This document shows positions 42,996-44,549 of a stretch of DNA of 44,549 bases, in pieces. Source of the DNA: an uncultured Nitrospinaceae bacterium (GTDB taxonomy: Bacteria > Desulfobacterota > Desulfobacteria > Desulfobacterales > UBA11574); contig CAXMTB010000006.1 of assembly GCA_964195835.1 (NCBI GenBank), positions 1-44,549 of the forward strand. Direction: 5' to 3'. Both the position numbers and the translations under genes were made by a program. The notes beneath the pieces were generated by a model. That model was not told the origin of the DNA and searched no databases. It saw only the letters and a list, made by a program, of their open reading frames with translations. Position 1 is the stretch's first letter, and every line of letters begins with the position of its first letter.

Positions 42996-43418
42996 TTAAA
43001 CAACTTCAATCCCCATACTTCTGGCCGTACCGGCAATAATATTACAGGCGGCCTCCAAATCATTTGCGTTTAAATCAATCATTTTCTGCTTGGCAATCTC
43101 TTCGAGCTGCTGCCGTGTAACCTGGCCGATTTTTTCGCGCTTTGGATCACCGGCACCTTTTGCTATTTTTGCCGCTTTTTTTAAAAGCACAGAGGCAGGG
43201 GGTGTTTTGGTTATAAAAGTAAATGATCTGTCCTGATAGACCGTAATTACAACAGGTGTAATGATGCCTTCATCATTGGCCGTCCTGGAGTTAAAAGCCT
43301 TACAGAAATCCATTATATTCACACCATGCTGCCCCAGCGCGGGGCCAATGGGTGGCGACGGATTCGCCTTGCCTGCTGCAACCTGCAGTTTTATCTGTGC
43401 CATAACCTTTTTTGCCAT
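42996..43418 (-). CDS. rplK: 50S ribosomal protein L11
   Basis: [36 protein letters not shown]. Confidence 0.98.
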   Translation of the reverse strand: MAKKVMAQIKLQVAAGKANPSPPIGPALGQHGVNIMDFCKAFNSRTANDEGIITPVVITVYQDRSFTFITKTPPASVLLKKAAKIAKGAGDPKREKIGQVTRQQLEEIAKQKMIDLNANDLEAACNIIAGTARSMGIEVV

Positions 43419-43575
43419 TTTTTCTTGTTGCTCCTGTCTTTCTGCTTGCCCCCCTGAAATTTCAAAAGGACCATTTCACGGGAGTCATTTGTCTGTAATA
43501 CTCTAATTGAGCCACAACTCGATGATATGTTATTCGTTCGCTATCCGTTATCTGATGAATGGCCCTTTGTTTGAA

Positions 43576-44106
43576 TCATAGCTTCGACACCTGCACAAAT
43601 TCCAGCTCCACAGGCGTTGAACGACCGAAAATACTAACAAGAACTCTTATTTTACCCTTGTCAGGATTAACTTCATCAACGAAGCCGTTAAAGTTTTTAA
43701 AAGGCCCGTCAATTACACGGATCTCGTCTCCGGTCTCGAAAAAATATTTTGGCTGTGGTTTTAGTTTTCCAGCCTCCATTTGATTCAATATTTTCTGGGC
43801 CTCATCATCTGATATGGGTGTCGGTTTCTCTCGACCACCAAGAAACCCGGTAACTTTGGCAGTATTTGTTACAAGATGCCATGTTTCATCATCAAGCGCC
43901 ATCCTGACCAATATGTACCCCGGATAAAATTTACGAGACGATGTTTTTCGTTTACCTTTAACAAGTTCAACGATTTCCTCGGTAGGAACAATCACCTCAC
44001 CGAATTTCTCGGGCTGAGGAGAAGACGATATTCGCTCTTCCAGGGCAACTTTGACCTTGCTTTCAAACCCCGAATAAACATGGACTACATACCATTTAAG
44101 CGCCAC
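43576..44106 (-). CDS. nusG: Transcription termination/antitermination factor NusG
   Basis: GTG start 44106 (MALKWYVVHVYSGFE); FYPGYILV; KOW GPFKNFNG; IFGRSTPVEL. Confidence 0.97.
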   Translation of the reverse strand: MALKWYVVHVYSGFESKVKVALEERISSSPQPEKFGEVIVPTEEIVELVKGKRKTSSRKFYPGYILVRMALDDETWHLVTNTAKVTGFLGGREKPTPISDDEAQKILNQMEAGKLKPQPKYFFETGDEIRVIDGPFKNFNGFVDEVNPDKGKIRVLVSIFGRSTPVELEFVQVSKL

Positions 44107-44123
44107 TTTATCCTCTCCCAATT

Positions 44124-44522
44124 TTATTTTAAAACCACACGGATCAGGCTTGACAAACCGATATCGACCATCCCGAGAAAAACAGATATTATCATTACCA
44201 GAATAAGCACAACCACCGTGGAGCCAATGGTCTGCTTGCGCGATGGCCATACGACTTTTTTTAGCTCCACCTTGACTTCTCTGAGAAACTGGAGCCCCTT
44301 ATCTATGTACCCTTTGAACTTCCCCGGCTCAGCTTTTGTTCTTGTTAGAGATTTTTGTCTGGATGAATAGGCTTTTGCTTTTATACTTTTAACAGGACCT
44401 GTTAATAATTCAGTCTTCTTCGCAACAGCATCATTACTTGACTCTTGCGATGCTATCCCTTCGGCACTCAGCTGGTTCTTTTTCTTTGCTCTTTGTTTTT
44501 TCTTTTTTTGTATACGTGCCAT
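44124..44522 (-). CDS. secE: Preprotein translocase SecE with long basic N-terminal extension
   Basis: FLREVKVELKKVVWPS followed by one TM helix; directly upstream of nusG. Confidence 0.93.
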   Translation of the reverse strand: MARIQKKKKQRAKKKNQLSAEGIASQESSNDAVAKKTELLTGPVKSIKAKAYSSRQKSLTRTKAEPGKFKGYIDKGLQFLREVKVELKKVVWPSRKQTIGSTVVVLILVMIISVFLGMVDIGLSSLIRVVLK

Positions 44523-44549
44523 TATTTTTACAGGTTTAATATTTCCAAT

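Noticed and set aside
14958-44522. Many plus-strand ORFs over the ribosomal protein and RNAP genes
   Set aside because: Antisense shadows of conserved minus-strand genes, with no motifs or RBS.
1-44549. CRISPR array, tRNA/rRNA genes, transposase or prophage genes
   Set aside because: No regularly spaced repeat-spacer array, cloverleaf, rRNA signature, or transposase/integrase/phage ORF was recognised.

Overview
Bacterial chromosomal window, probably from a Desulfobacterales-like deltaproteobacterium (inferred from gene content and protein style; no database search was run). About 14.96-44.55 kb is the minus-strand core cluster secE-nusG-rplKAJL-rpoBC-rpsLG-tuf-S10-spc-alpha, with no fusA between rpsG and tuf and no adk/map between secY and infA. 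About 1-14.9 kb is a mixed accessory region: a 2-oxoacid:ferredoxin oxidoreductase operon with an apparent alpha/beta junction deletion, a PorD/GltD-like fusion, class I fumarase, a sigma28-promoter/c-di-GMP-I riboswitch/orphan flagellar-rod unit, an EAL-HDOD protein, a transporter and hydrolases. Most notable: (1) a ~99-aa parvulin-like PPIase domain inserted in RNA polymerase beta-prime; (2) two ~278-bp MITE-like copies with degenerate 10-bp target duplications plus a third, sequence-distinct ~288-bp element, all three sharing one rod-shaped core (31-bp stem, conserved internal loop, 26-27-bp stem with ACGCGTTA, 67-69-nt AT-rich loop with an IHF-like site); (3) several nested palindromic intergenic repeats. 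No tRNA, rRNA, CRISPR array or transposase gene was seen.
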